From Candidatus Methanoperedens sp. (GTDB lineage Bacteria; Patescibacteriota; Microgenomatia; UBA12405), in the NCBI GenBank assembly GCA_035562735.1, contig DATMWB010000003.1, positions 44,232-108,231 of the forward strand: DNA of 64,000 bases. The letters are read 5' to 3'. The notes below the pieces were generated by a model. The model saw only the letters and a list, made by a program, of their open reading frames with translations, searched no databases and had not been told where the DNA came from. The number at the start of each line of letters is the position of its first letter. Within the stretch, counting starts at the first letter, position 1. Below, in pieces: positions 19,470 to 29,345 of the stretch. A program made the translations under genes and the position numbers.

Positions 19470-20201
19470 ATGAGTTATCTCTATGTTAAATCACCACCCA
19501 AGATTACTGCGCCCAAAAAAGTCATGTCGCCGCTGCGTCGAAAGATATTGGCCTCATTTTTTCTTGTTTCCGGCCTTTTGTTGTTTTTTTCAGTGGTCTT
19601 TCCCATAGTCCAATTTCAGCTTGAATATTCCACAAAGTTTAATCAAATTCTCAATCCACTTTCAAACCAATTCTACAACCAAAATGGTTCAGTTTTAGGT
19701 GATTTGAATACTGATTACACCGAATTATCGAATTGGTTTGTTAATGATTCAGAGGTGGTCTCATCTTCTTCACCAAGCTCCCTTATTACTACTTATTATG
19801 TATCCATTCCCAAATTGAAAATTGAGCAAGCGGCAGTCATTTTTGGTAGTACCGATTTGAAAAAATCACTTATCCAATATCCGAGAACCGCGCTTCCAGG
19901 TCAATTTGGATCTCCCGTTATCTTTGGCCATTCTGTGCTCCCTCAATTTTTCAACCCTAAGTCCTATATCACCATTTTTTCAACCTTACACAAATTGAAT
20001 CAAGGAGACGAAATATTTATTGATTATGATCATATCCGTTATAAATACGTCGTTGAAGAAATGTATGAAGTTCAACCTACCGACTTGTCGGTCTTAGAAC
20101 AGCGTTTTGATGGTCGATATCTAACCTTAGTTACCTGTTCTCCTCCTGGTACATATTTGCGCCGCTTAGTAATTAAAGCCCAAATTACCGACAATACATG
20201 A
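19470..20201 (+). CDS. sortase
   Basis: N-terminal TM, IPKLKI, PG..G..VIFGHS, LTLVTC.PPG...RRL. Confidence 0.92.
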   Translation: MSYLYVKSPPKITAPKKVMSPLRRKILASFFLVSGLLLFFSVVFPIVQFQLEYSTKFNQILNPLSNQFYNQNGSVLGDLNTDYTELSNWFVNDSEVVSSSSPSSLITTYYVSIPKLKIEQAAVIFGSTDLKKSLIQYPRTALPGQFGSPVIFGHSVLPQFFNPKSYITIFSTLHKLNQGDEIFIDYDHIRYKYVVEEMYEVQPTDLSVLEQRFDGRYLTLVTCSPPGTYLRRLVIKAQITDNT

Positions 20202-20572
20202 ACTATCTAGCTATTGATTATGGAACCAAAAGAATTGGTCTTGCCTATTCCCTAAACGGAATTATTTTTACTCTGCCCATTGTTCAAAATGACGACAAAA
20301 TTGTCGATATTCTAAAAAAAATTATTACTGAATATCAAATTGAAAAAATATTCATCGGTCTTTGTGAAGGGCCGATTGCAACAAAGACAAAAAAATTTAT
20401 TGATATGCTCACCCCCATGATAAAATTACCTATCGAAACAGTTGAAGAAGCGGTTAGTACAATCGAGGCTGAAAGTATTTTTTTAAAGAGTAAAAAAAAT
20501 ACCAAAAGTTACAAAAAACAAATCGATTCTGTAGCTGCTGCTGTAATTCTGAATCGAGTTATTGGTTTCTAA
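20198..20572 (+). CDS. ruvX: YqgF/RuvX pre-16S rRNA nuclease
   Basis: LAIDYGTKRIGLA, E..ST.EA, IDSVAAAVIL. Confidence 0.92.
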   Translation: MNYLAIDYGTKRIGLAYSLNGIIFTLPIVQNDDKIVDILKKIITEYQIEKIFIGLCEGPIATKTKKFIDMLTPMIKLPIETVEEAVSTIEAESIFLKSKKNTKSYKKQIDSVAAAVILNRVIGF

Positions 20573-20577
20573 AAACT

Positions 20578-20775
20578 ATGTTTAAAAATCTTATTTCCCC
20601 AATTCAAGCTTGGTTGTTGTCACAGGGTCGTTGTGTAGGATGTGGTGAAGAACTGTCTAAAGGACAAAGAAAAGTAATTCGAGGTCAAACAACTGTTACT
20701 TGTCGTTGTGGTAGGATATTTATCCATAACCATCAAAGTGACACCTATCGTCGAGCTCTTTTTAATGAAATTTAA
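20578..20775 (+). CDS. small zinc-ribbon protein
   Basis: CVGCG...CRCGR; fills the gap between ruvX and mltG. Confidence 0.7.
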   Translation: MFKNLISPIQAWLLSQGRCVGCGEELSKGQRKVIRGQTTVTCRCGRIFIHNHQSDTYRRALFNEI

Positions 20776-21698
20776 TGAAAAAACTTTTTTTTGTTTTTCC
20801 CCTAATTTTATTGCTTTTATTTGGACTATACATTTATAGTTTAACCTTTGCTCCCTCATCTGATACCACCAAAAAAGTTTTTGTAATAAATCAAGGAGAA
20901 CCTCTTCTGACCATTGCTTCAAGACTGGAAAAATTAAACTTTGTCCGTAGTCGATACGCCTTTATTGTCTATAGTCGATTGTCGGGTTTAAACACTCAAA
21001 TCAAAGCTGGTACTTTTTATCTTACTTCGTCAGAAAAACTTATCGAGCAAGCCCAAAGATTAACCAAGGGGGGTAGTACCGACTATTGGTTTAAAATTAT
21101 CCCCGGGTCTCGAATTGAAGAATTTTCCCCAGATACTGAATTTACCTCTGCTGCCCTTGGTCTTGAAGGTCAGCTTTTTCCTGATAGCTACTTAATTCCC
21201 AAGTATTACGTATCTTCGCAGATTCTTGACTTAATTTTAAAGAATTTTGAAGATAAGCAACTCGAAGCAAAAGGTAATTCTATCACTCCTTTTTCCGATT
21301 CCGAAGTGCTAGTTTTAGCTTCACTTTTAGAACGTGAAGCCAAAACATTGGCTGATAAAAAAATTATCGCTGGAATAATCAAAAATCGCCTAGACGTAGG
21401 CATGCCTCTTCAAATTGATGCCACTGTCCAATACGCCAAAGACTCTTTAGGCAACCCTGAAAAATACTGGAAGCCAATAAGCAAAGCCGATCTAAGCATT
21501 ATTTCTCCTTATAACACCTATAAAAACAAGGGATTACCCCCATCACCAATTTGTAATCCCGGTTTTGATTCACTAATTGCGGCCTATCATCCAACAGAAT
21601 CTAATTATGTCTACTACATCAATGATAATCAGGGAATTATGCATTACGCCAAAAATTTAGAAGAGCACAACACCAACGTGGCTAAATATTTAAGATGA
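20775..21698 (+). CDS. mltG: endolytic transglycosylase MltG
   Basis: LEGQLFPDSY, LASLLERE, MPLQIDATVQY, SPYNTY..GLPPSPICNPG. Confidence 0.95.
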   Translation: MKKLFFVFPLILLLLFGLYIYSLTFAPSSDTTKKVFVINQGEPLLTIASRLEKLNFVRSRYAFIVYSRLSGLNTQIKAGTFYLTSSEKLIEQAQRLTKGGSTDYWFKIIPGSRIEEFSPDTEFTSAALGLEGQLFPDSYLIPKYYVSSQILDLILKNFEDKQLEAKGNSITPFSDSEVLVLASLLEREAKTLADKKIIAGIIKNRLDVGMPLQIDATVQYAKDSLGNPEKYWKPISKADLSIISPYNTYKNKGLPPSPICNPGFDSLIAAYHPTESNYVYYINDNQGIMHYAKNLEEHNTNVAKYLR

Positions 21699-22261
21699 GA
21701 CAAGCCAAGCTAGTAAAAAGAGAAATTTTATTTGATAAATACGGTAAAAAGTTTATCGTTGATAATTTAGAGCAGCTTGATGGTAAGCCCGACTTTTGGG
21801 CTTATGTCTCCGCCCCCAGAGGTTCAATCATTGTCGCTATCGATAAAGACAAAAACTTAATTCTTGTTCATCAATATCGATATACCTTAAAAGATTTTAC
21901 ATACGAAAACCCTGCTGGAGCTGCCGATAAAAATGAAAATCTTTTAGAAACCGCCAATAGAGAGCTTTTTGAAGAAACAGGCTACAAGTCGAATCAATTT
22001 ATAAATCTTGGAAATTTTCATGATCTCCCCAACGAAACAGATCACCAATGTCAAATATTTTTAGCACTAAATTGCCAATTTATAGAAAAACCCGCCCTTG
22101 ATCCCTTTTCCGAAATATATTGTGAAATGACGACCGAAATTCATCCCTTTATTGATATTTACAATTCACTTGGTCAAGATACCTCACTTATAAAAAGCTC
22201 CGAACATACCGCTGCCATTTTCCTCGCCCATCGCTATCTCTCTACTCATAACTTACTTTAA
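21695..22261 (+). CDS. NUDIX hydrolase (ADP-ribose pyrophosphatase-like)
   Basis: QYRY...E.PAG; Nudix box G...E...ANRELFEETGY. Confidence 0.9.
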   Translation: MRQAKLVKREILFDKYGKKFIVDNLEQLDGKPDFWAYVSAPRGSIIVAIDKDKNLILVHQYRYTLKDFTYENPAGAADKNENLLETANRELFEETGYKSNQFINLGNFHDLPNETDHQCQIFLALNCQFIEKPALDPFSEIYCEMTTEIHPFIDIYNSLGQDTSLIKSSEHTAAIFLAHRYLSTHNLL

Positions 22262-22266
22262 AAAAA

Positions 22267-22307
22267 CGTCATTGCGAGGAGCATTTGCTGAAGCGATGTG
22301 GCAATCT
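22267..22307 (+). repeat. CGTC-type REP-like element
   Basis: CGTCATTGCGAG-GAGCATTTGCTGAAGCGATGTG-GCAATCT between convergent genes. Confidence 0.8.
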
Positions 22308-22328
22308 CAAAGGGATTGATTTTGTTTT

Positions 22329-23417
22329 TTATATTTGATTCTTCTTATTTACCAATTCATTCAAAATATTCCATCTCCTCTTTTTCTCACTCATTGGAAT
22401 TTCATCTTTAAAAAGTTTGGCTGATACCGTTCCCCGTCGGGGGGAATATTTATTTAAATAGGCAATCTCAAAACCAACTTTTTTACAGACATCAACCGTA
22501 TTTTGAAAAGCATCTTCATCTTCACCTGGGAATCCAATAATTATGTCAGTCGAAAATCTGACATCAGCGACTTTGCTCTTTATTTTTTTTACCAAATTTA
22601 AATATTCCTGTTTGGTATAGCCCCGATTCATGTTTTTTAAAACTTTATCGTCGCCGGCTTGGAAGGGGAGATGCAACAACCTATCAATATTTGGATATTT
22701 GGCGATAGTTTCAATCAATTCATCAGAAAAATCCCACGGGTTACTGCTCACAAAGGAAACCTTTTTTAATTTTTTCTTGGCTACCTCTTCCAACAGTTTA
22801 GGGAATAAACTTTTTATTCTTTTTTTACCCATATTTACCAATATTTCATCACCAAAATCACTTCCATAACTATTCACATTTTGCCCAATCAAGACTACTT
22901 CTTCAAAACCTTTTTCAATTGCATCATCTATTTCTTTTAAAATATCCTCCATTTTGCGCGATATCTCTTTTCCGCGAGAATAGGGAACAATACAATAAGA
23001 GCAAAAATTATTACATCCCGAGCTAATTGTAATCAATGCCGCTCTTTTTTTATTGCGTATAGGTTTTAAATCGAAACTTATTTCTTTTGTAGGGAGCAAC
23101 TGATCAACTCCCTTAATAGTTTTTTTAGCAATTGGCACCAAGCATCCAGTCAATATAATGGTTTTTAAGCCCCCTTTCCTCAAGGGGGGTACTCCGGAGG
23201 AGTGGGGGATTTTTTCCCACTTTCTTATTTCATTAATCAATCCGTAGACTCTGTTTTCTGCTGATTCTCTAACCACGCAACTATTAATAATTACCTTATC
23301 AGCCTCTTTCCAATTATCAACAAAAACGTCCCCTTTTTCAGCATAAAATGCCTTAACCCTTTCCGAGTCAGATTCGTTTTGAGCACATCCAAATGTTTTT
23401 AAATAAATTTTACTCAC
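22329..23417 (-). CDS. miaB: MiaB-like radical SAM methylthiotransferase (no TRAM domain)
   Basis: TFGC..N..DS, NSC.VRE.AE, GCNNFCSYCIVPY.RG, GQNVNSYG, TDIIIGFPGE, YSPR.GT. Confidence 0.85.
   Translation of the reverse strand: MSKIYLKTFGCAQNESDSERVKAFYAEKGDVFVDNWKEADKVIINSCVVRESAENRVYGLINEIRKWEKIPHSSGVPPLRKGGLKTIILTGCLVPIAKKTIKGVDQLLPTKEISFDLKPIRNKKRAALITISSGCNNFCSYCIVPYSRGKEISRKMEDILKEIDDAIEKGFEEVVLIGQNVNSYGSDFGDEILVNMGKKRIKSLFPKLLEEVAKKKLKKVSFVSSNPWDFSDELIETIAKYPNIDRLLHLPFQAGDDKVLKNMNRGYTKQEYLNLVKKIKSKVADVRFSTDIIIGFPGEDEDAFQNTVDVCKKVGFEIAYLNKYSPRRGTVSAKLFKDEIPMSEKKRRWNILNELVNKKNQI
23170..23213. repeat. CCCCC/GGGGG palindromic element in-frame in miaB
   Basis: CCCCCTTTCCTCAAGGGGGG-TACTCCGGAGGAGT-GGGGGATTT, encoding IPHSSGVPPLRKGG on the - strand. 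Confidence 0.75.
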
Positions 23418-23474
23418 TTGCGTTGTAAATATATCATAGTTGCGTCACCTTAGAAAAAATGAGAATATTATTTC

Positions 23475-24566
23475 ATGACTGATACAAATCAAGACCCAAA
23501 CTACCAAGATATTTTAAATAAGTATGCTGATAGTTTAAAACCAAGCGAAGCATTACCATCTCAAGACCAAGCACCTAGTCCTCAAGATCAATTAGAATCA
23601 GTCCCAGAACCATCAGTCTCAGTTCCAGAAATCACCCCCCCTCCAACCATGCTTGAACCAGATCCAACCGCTGAGATGCTTCCAGACACCGAACCCCAAA
23701 CCGCAGTTATGACCGAAGCCAATTCCGAATCAATCGCTTTTTCTCCTCCGACTTCTGACACTACCAGCGATTTCGATAAAAAACCAGCCGAAACAGTCAC
23801 CGAGCCACCCAAAGATTTCTCTATTCCTCAGCCAGAAGTTCAAATTCCTCCATCAATGCAAGATTATGTTGATTCTTCAAAAACAGACAAACTAGATAGT
23901 ATCATTCCTTCACCTCCCATGACTTCAGATTCCTTTATTCCACCAGCTCCTCATCCAATAAATATTGCCCCAGATATCGAGGTACCAAAAGAAAATCATT
24001 TTTTTAAATACCTATTTTTCTTCTCCTTGATAATTTTTATTGTCGTAGCTGCCTTGCTGGCTTATTCATTTTATAGGACTCAAAAATCAACCACTGATGT
24101 AAAAAGTGTTCCCACCAATACCCCTCCGACAGGTCTTCCTGCTTCAAAATGTCTCATAAATGGTGAAGAATATGACATTGGTCAGTCTTTTCCTGCCTCT
24201 GACGGTTGTAATACCTGTTCTTGTGATAAAGACCTCTTGATTGCCTGTACTACTATGGCCTGTGACGCTAGTAATTCAGCAACTCCTACCGAATCTACCA
24301 CTATTTCAGCAGTCTCCAAAACAGCTCAGGAAGCATGTCAGCTAGAAAAATTTACCTGGCTAAGTAAATACTCTGAATGTGAAGATGCCAGTTCTAATCC
24401 GACAAATTTACAAAAACTAAAGACAATCTGTGAAACATACAAGGGTACACTCAATGAAACTGCCGATAGTTGTCGCCATGTTACGGAACCACCTTGTGGA
24501 CCTGAAGCCGTTGCTGTTTGTTCCTTTGCTGTGCCTACAATTCCAAAAACTACAATTGCACCATAA
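23475..24566 (+). CDS. membrane protein with Pro/acidic cytoplasmic tail and Cys-rich pacifastin/VWC-like ectodomain
   Basis: One TM; CLING..Y.IGQSF...DGCNTCSC.....ACTTMAC; second Cys-rich module. Confidence 0.7.
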   Translation: MTDTNQDPNYQDILNKYADSLKPSEALPSQDQAPSPQDQLESVPEPSVSVPEITPPPTMLEPDPTAEMLPDTEPQTAVMTEANSESIAFSPPTSDTTSDFDKKPAETVTEPPKDFSIPQPEVQIPPSMQDYVDSSKTDKLDSIIPSPPMTSDSFIPPAPHPINIAPDIEVPKENHFFKYLFFFSLIIFIVVAALLAYSFYRTQKSTTDVKSVPTNTPPTGLPASKCLINGEEYDIGQSFPASDGCNTCSCDKDLLIACTTMACDASNSATPTESTTISAVSKTAQEACQLEKFTWLSKYSECEDASSNPTNLQKLKTICETYKGTLNETADSCRHVTEPPCGPEAVAVCSFAVPTIPKTTIAP

Positions 24567-24569
24567 AAC

Positions 24570-25220
24570 ATGGACAGGTCAGACTTTTTCAAAATAGACA
24601 AGTCAGTAGTCCTTCTCTTATTTTTAGTTGTCATCCTTATTATCTCTATTATTATGCTGGTAAATTATCAGCGGACATTGGTTCTCTCCCATAACGCCGA
24701 TACTATTATTGCCGCTATTCCAACTCGTTCACCCTCAAATTCAAAAGTCAAAATATCTGCTACTCCTACACCCGACTTTCGTGCCAACTGGAAAGAATAT
24801 GAAAATAGGGAATATGGCTTTATGTTCAGATATCCTGAAAAATTAAATGCTATCAAAGACCCCCACTTTGATGGTAGAAGCATAGTATTAATTACCGATG
24901 ACACCCGAGAAACTGTAACTGCTAGCGGTTGGTTTGGAATTTTTGTCGCCATAAAACCAAATCCATCAAATTATGATTCAAAATCATATATTGAATGGCA
25001 AGTAAAAAATGACCCCCTCAATTCAGGTGTCAAAATCAAAAAGGCAAATGTTGTCGGCATTGATGCCTCAATCACCCAAGGGGAAGTTGTCAATAACAAC
25101 GGTGAAATAGGGCCAAAAGTTTATATCTCCAAAGGAGATAGTATTATTCTTCTCACCCCAAACCATTCTCAATACTTCGAAATACTAAGTCAAATAATTC
25201 CGACATTTAATTTTTTATAA
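24570..25220 (+). CDS. PsbP-like surface protein
   Basis: TM; WKEYENREYGFMFRYP...QIIPTFNF. Confidence 0.65.
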   Translation: MDRSDFFKIDKSVVLLLFLVVILIISIIMLVNYQRTLVLSHNADTIIAAIPTRSPSNSKVKISATPTPDFRANWKEYENREYGFMFRYPEKLNAIKDPHFDGRSIVLITDDTRETVTASGWFGIFVAIKPNPSNYDSKSYIEWQVKNDPLNSGVKIKKANVVGIDASITQGEVVNNNGEIGPKVYISKGDSIILLTPNHSQYFEILSQIIPTFNFL

Positions 25221-25223
25221 TTT

Positions 25224-25988
25224 ATGAAAAAATCCACTTTTTTTCTATATATCCTCACTGCCTTCTTTTTTGTCTCCGTTCTTATCTTGGCTTACCTTAA
25301 TTATTTTAGCTCTTCAAAAATACCCTCTACCGCAAAGCCTATTGATAATCCGAGCATTCTCCCCACTAAAACCGTCAATTTAACAATATCTCCAAGTATT
25401 ACCTCCTCACCTTTGTCACTTTCAAATTTAAAGACTTATACTGGCCAAGATTTTGTTTACTTAAACAACATATATAGTGCCTATACTTTTAACTATCCTG
25501 ATTTTTGTACTCTAAAAGATGACACCTTAAGCTGTACTCTAAAAAACAGCCTTGCCACTATACAAATAAATGCTGGTGGTCATGGCGGTGGCGAAGGGAA
25601 TTATCAGGTTCTTGTTGATAACCAATCAAAAATTTTTAACTCCATTGAGGGAAAACTAACCGCCATTGAAGACTTAGACAACAAAACTGTTTTTGGAACT
25701 TACTGGATAAACAAAACCCCAAAATTAACCCAAGAACCTATTTTTGGTTTTGAATTCTATGGCCTTTCTTCGTCAGACTTCAATGAATTTAAAACGCTTT
25801 TTGAACAACTATTGTCCACCTTCAAATTTACAGAGAATACGACCCCTTTTTCTTCTCAAGATCTTAATCAAGGCTGGTATTGGGGTCTTGAAAATCAGAA
25901 AAAAATAAATACACCTACAGACTGGGTATTTGCAGAAGCCGGTAAAAGTTCCTGTTGGCATTCTCCTGATAAAAACTGTAATCTTTAA
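25224..25988 (+). CDS. PsbP-like surface protein with extra C-terminal Trp-rich module
   Basis: TM; LKTY...FNYP...QLLSTFKF; GWYWG...KK..TP.DWV...G..SCWH. Confidence 0.65.
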   Translation: MKKSTFFLYILTAFFFVSVLILAYLNYFSSSKIPSTAKPIDNPSILPTKTVNLTISPSITSSPLSLSNLKTYTGQDFVYLNNIYSAYTFNYPDFCTLKDDTLSCTLKNSLATIQINAGGHGGGEGNYQVLVDNQSKIFNSIEGKLTAIEDLDNKTVFGTYWINKTPKLTQEPIFGFEFYGLSSSDFNEFKTLFEQLLSTFKFTENTTPFSSQDLNQGWYWGLENQKKINTPTDWVFAEAGKSSCWHSPDKNCNL

Positions 25989-25997
25989 TCAACCCCC

Positions 25998-26026
25998 TTG
26001 CGATATGTATAGTATGAGTATATAAT
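25998..26026 (+). promoter_or_regulatory. rpoB promoter
   Basis: TTGCGA-17 bp-TATAAT. Confidence 0.7.
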
Positions 26027-26084
26027 TCCCACATTCGGCGAGCGGTTGGAACATAACTCGTCATTTAAACTTTAATAGTTAAAT

Positions 26085-29000
26085 TTGTCGATGCCTTCCG
26101 CAAAAAGAACTTCTTGGGGTAAAAAATACCCACAAATTCCTGTTTTAGATTTACTCGCTGTCCAAAAAGAATCTTGGGCAAAATTTTTAAAAACTGATCT
26201 CGAAGAAACCGTCCGCTCCATTTCTCCTATATCCGATTACACTGGAAATAACTGGCTTTTAGAACTCGGAGAATTATTTTTCGATAAGATAACTGTCACT
26301 CCAGAAACTGCTAAGCTCAAAGGCCTAAATTACACCGTCCCCGTCTATACCAAAGCAAAACTAACCAACAAAAGAACTGGTCTTGTCCGTGAAGAAGATG
26401 TTTTCCTCCTAAACCTTCCCACCATGACTCCAGAAGCTACTTTTATAGTTAATGGTATCGAAAGAGGAGTTATCAATCAGCTCGTTCGTTCTCCAGGTGT
26501 TTATTTTACTGGCGAAGTCGATCCTGCAACTGGAAAAACTTTGTGTAATGCTGAAATCAGACCTGTTCGTGGTTCTTGGCTCGAATTTTTCATTGGTAAA
26601 AAAGAAGTCATCTTTGCTCGTATCGATCGTAAAAAGAAAGTTCCTGCTACCATCGTTCTACGTGCTGCCTGTGGATTACAAGACAAACAACTAGTTGGCG
26701 AGTTTGGTGATTATATCAACGCCACCATTTCTGCTGATCCCACTAAAAGCCAAGAAGAGGCTTATCTCGAATTTTACCGAAAACTCAGACCAGGTGAACC
26801 CGTTGTTCTCGAAAATGCTGAAAAATTTTTCAATGATAGATTTTTTGATCTTCGCACCTATGAATTAGGTCAAGTGGGTCGCTATAAAATCAATAAAAAA
26901 TTTGGTTTTAATTTTTCCGATTCCGACAAAGAAAATTGGGTCATCAAAAAAGAAGATTTAATCGCTACAATCCGTCAATTAATAAAATTACAAAAAGGTG
27001 AATCAAAACACTTCGATGATATTGATTCTCTTGCCAATCGTCGTCTTCGACGTGCTGGCGAAATTGTCGCCCAGGTTGCTCTTCGTCCAGCTATGGCCAG
27101 ATTCGAAAGAATGGTTAAAGAAAGGATGTCATTAATTTCCACCAAAGAGAAGCCAACTCCTTCTCAAATGATTAATCCTCAACCCCTTATATCTTCCTTG
27201 AATACTTTTTTTAGAAGTAACCAACTGTCCGCAATTTTAGATCAAACCAACCCTCTAGCTGAATTAGACCTTTTACGACGTGTCACTGTTGTCGGTGTTG
27301 GTGGTTTAACCCGTGAAAGAGCTGCTTTCTCTATTCGTGATGTTCATTCTTCCCAATACGGTCGTATTTGTACCGTTCGTTCCCCAGAAGGTCCAAATAT
27401 TGGTTTGGTTAGCTATCTAGCTCTCTATGCCGAAGTTGATAAATATGGTTTTATCGAAGCTCCTTTTAGGAAAGTTATCAAAAATGGTAAAAACTATACA
27501 TTCTCTGATGAAGTAGTTTATATGGATGCTGAGGATGAATATGATCATCGTATCACCCATCTTGGTGTCAAAATTGAAGGCAATGTTATCCAACAAAATT
27601 GGGTTCCTATCCGCTATCAAGGTGAGTTTGCTGAAGGCCCAATTGATCAGGTTGAATTTATCGACATGATTCCAAGTGAAATCGTTGGCGCTTCTGCTTC
27701 CCTTATTCCTTTTATTGATCATGACGATGCTACTCGTGCCCTTATGGGTTCTCACATGCAGACTCAAGCCGTACCTCTTATCCAACCAGAAGTACCTATT
27801 GTTGGTACTGGTATGGAGTCAACTGTTGCCTCCGCTATGAATAGATGTGTTTTAGCCAAAGAATCGGGAGTTGTTTCGTATGCTGATGCTGGTAGAGTTA
27901 TTATTGGTGACATTACCTATGAGGTTACGAAATTTGAAAGAACCTCTCCTTATGGTACTTGTTACAATCAACGCGTTTTGGTTAATGTCGGCGATAAAGT
28001 TAAAAAAGGTGAAGTTATTATCGATGGCCCATCTACCGCAGAAGGTGAACTATCTATTGGTAGAAACTTATTGGTAGCTTACGCTTCTATCGACGGTCTA
28101 GGTTATGAGGACTCATTCTTAATCTCTGATCGTTTAGTTAAGCAAGATGTTTTGACCAATATTCAAATTTTTGAATACAAAGCCGATGTTGTTGAAACCA
28201 AGCTTGGTACTGAAGAACTTACCAAAGACATTCCTAATGTATCAGAAGCTGAATTAGCTAAGTTAACTGACGATGGAATTGTTATGATTGGTGCCACTGT
28301 TGGTCCTAATGATATATTAGTCGGAAAAGTTGAACCTCGTGGTGAAAAAGAATTATCCGCCGAAGAAAGACTTTTACGCGCTATTTTTGGTGAAAAAGCT
28401 CGTGAAGTTAAAGACACTTCTCTCCGTGTTCCAAATGGTGAGGGTGGAGTAGTCATAAAAATCGAAGTGTTGGGTAAAGATGAAGGTGATGAATTAGATC
28501 CAGGAGTCAATAAGGTTGTCAAAGTATATGTCGCTCAAATCCGTCGTATTCAAGAAGGTGACAAAATTGCTGGACGTCATGGAAACAAGGGTGTTATCTG
28601 TCGTATTATGCCCGAGTATGACATGCCTCGTTTAGGTGATGGTACTCCTGTTGACTTAGTCATGTCTCCACTTTCAGTTATTGCTCGTATGAATTTGGGT
28701 CAAATCCTTGAAGTTACCCTCGCCTCTGCTGGTTATCACCTCAACAAGAAATATGCCGTTCCTGTCTTTGAAAAATATAGTGAAGATCAAATTGGTAAAG
28801 AGCTTGCTGAAGCTGGATTAAATCCAACTGGTAAGGCAAAACTTTATGACGGACGTACTGGTGATGCCTATGACCAAGAAGTTGTCGTTGGTGTTGGCTA
28901 CATCCTCAAATTGGTCCACATGGTCGATGACAAAGTTCATGCTCGCTCTACCGGTCCATACTCTTTAGTCACTCAACAACCACTTGGTGGTAAAGCCAGA

Positions 29001-29345
29001 ATGGGTGGTCAACGACTTGGAGAAATGGAAGTTTGGGCTCTAGAAGCACATCAAGCTGCTCACATTTTGCAGGAAATGTTAACCATTAAATCAGATGATA
29101 TCGAAGGTCGTACTCATGCCTTCCAAGCCATTATTAAGGGTCAACCTATTCCTGAGCCTGCCATTCCTGAATCATTCAAGGTTTTAACCAAAGAATTAGC
29201 TGGATTGGCACTCGATATTTCTCCTGTTGGTATGAAGCCAATAATTGAAGAAACCGCAGAAGAAATTGAGACAGAGCTTGAAACTGAAACTCAAGTCGAA
29301 ACTATTCCTGAAACAAATGTTGAAGATTTAAAGGAGGAAAACTAA
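26085..29345 (+). CDS. rpoB: RNA polymerase beta subunit (start TTG 26085 or ATG 26091)
   Basis: QLVRSPG, PEGPNIGL, GDKIAGRHGNKG, HARSTGPYSLVTQQPLGG, GQRLGEMEVWALEA. Confidence 0.99.
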   Translation: MSMPSAKRTSWGKKYPQIPVLDLLAVQKESWAKFLKTDLEETVRSISPISDYTGNNWLLELGELFFDKITVTPETAKLKGLNYTVPVYTKAKLTNKRTGLVREEDVFLLNLPTMTPEATFIVNGIERGVINQLVRSPGVYFTGEVDPATGKTLCNAEIRPVRGSWLEFFIGKKEVIFARIDRKKKVPATIVLRAACGLQDKQLVGEFGDYINATISADPTKSQEEAYLEFYRKLRPGEPVVLENAEKFFNDRFFDLRTYELGQVGRYKINKKFGFNFSDSDKENWVIKKEDLIATIRQLIKLQKGESKHFDDIDSLANRRLRRAGEIVAQVALRPAMARFERMVKERMSLISTKEKPTPSQMINPQPLISSLNTFFRSNQLSAILDQTNPLAELDLLRRVTVVGVGGLTRERAAFSIRDVHSSQYGRICTVRSPEGPNIGLVSYLALYAEVDKYGFIEAPFRKVIKNGKNYTFSDEVVYMDAEDEYDHRITHLGVKIEGNVIQQNWVPIRYQGEFAEGPIDQVEFIDMIPSEIVGASASLIPFIDHDDATRALMGSHMQTQAVPLIQPEVPIVGTGMESTVASAMNRCVLAKESGVVSYADAGRVIIGDITYEVTKFERTSPYGTCYNQRVLVNVGDKVKKGEVIIDGPSTAEGELSIGRNLLVAYASIDGLGYEDSFLISDRLVKQDVLTNIQIFEYKADVVETKLGTEELTKDIPNVSEAELAKLTDDGIVMIGATVGPNDILVGKVEPRGEKELSAEERLLRAIFGEKAREVKDTSLRVPNGEGGVVIKIEVLGKDEGDELDPGVNKVVKVYVAQIRRIQEGDKIAGRHGNKGVICRIMPEYDMPRLGDGTPVDLVMSPLSVIARMNLGQILEVTLASAGYHLNKKYAVPVFEKYSEDQIGKELAEAGLNPTGKAKLYDGRTGDAYDQEVVVGVGYILKLVHMVDDKVHARSTGPYSLVTQQPLGGKARMGGQRLGEMEVWALEAHQAAHILQEMLTIKSDDIEGRTHAFQAIIKGQPIPEPAIPESFKVLTKELAGLALDISPVGMKPIIEETAEEIETELETETQVETIPETNVEDLKEEN

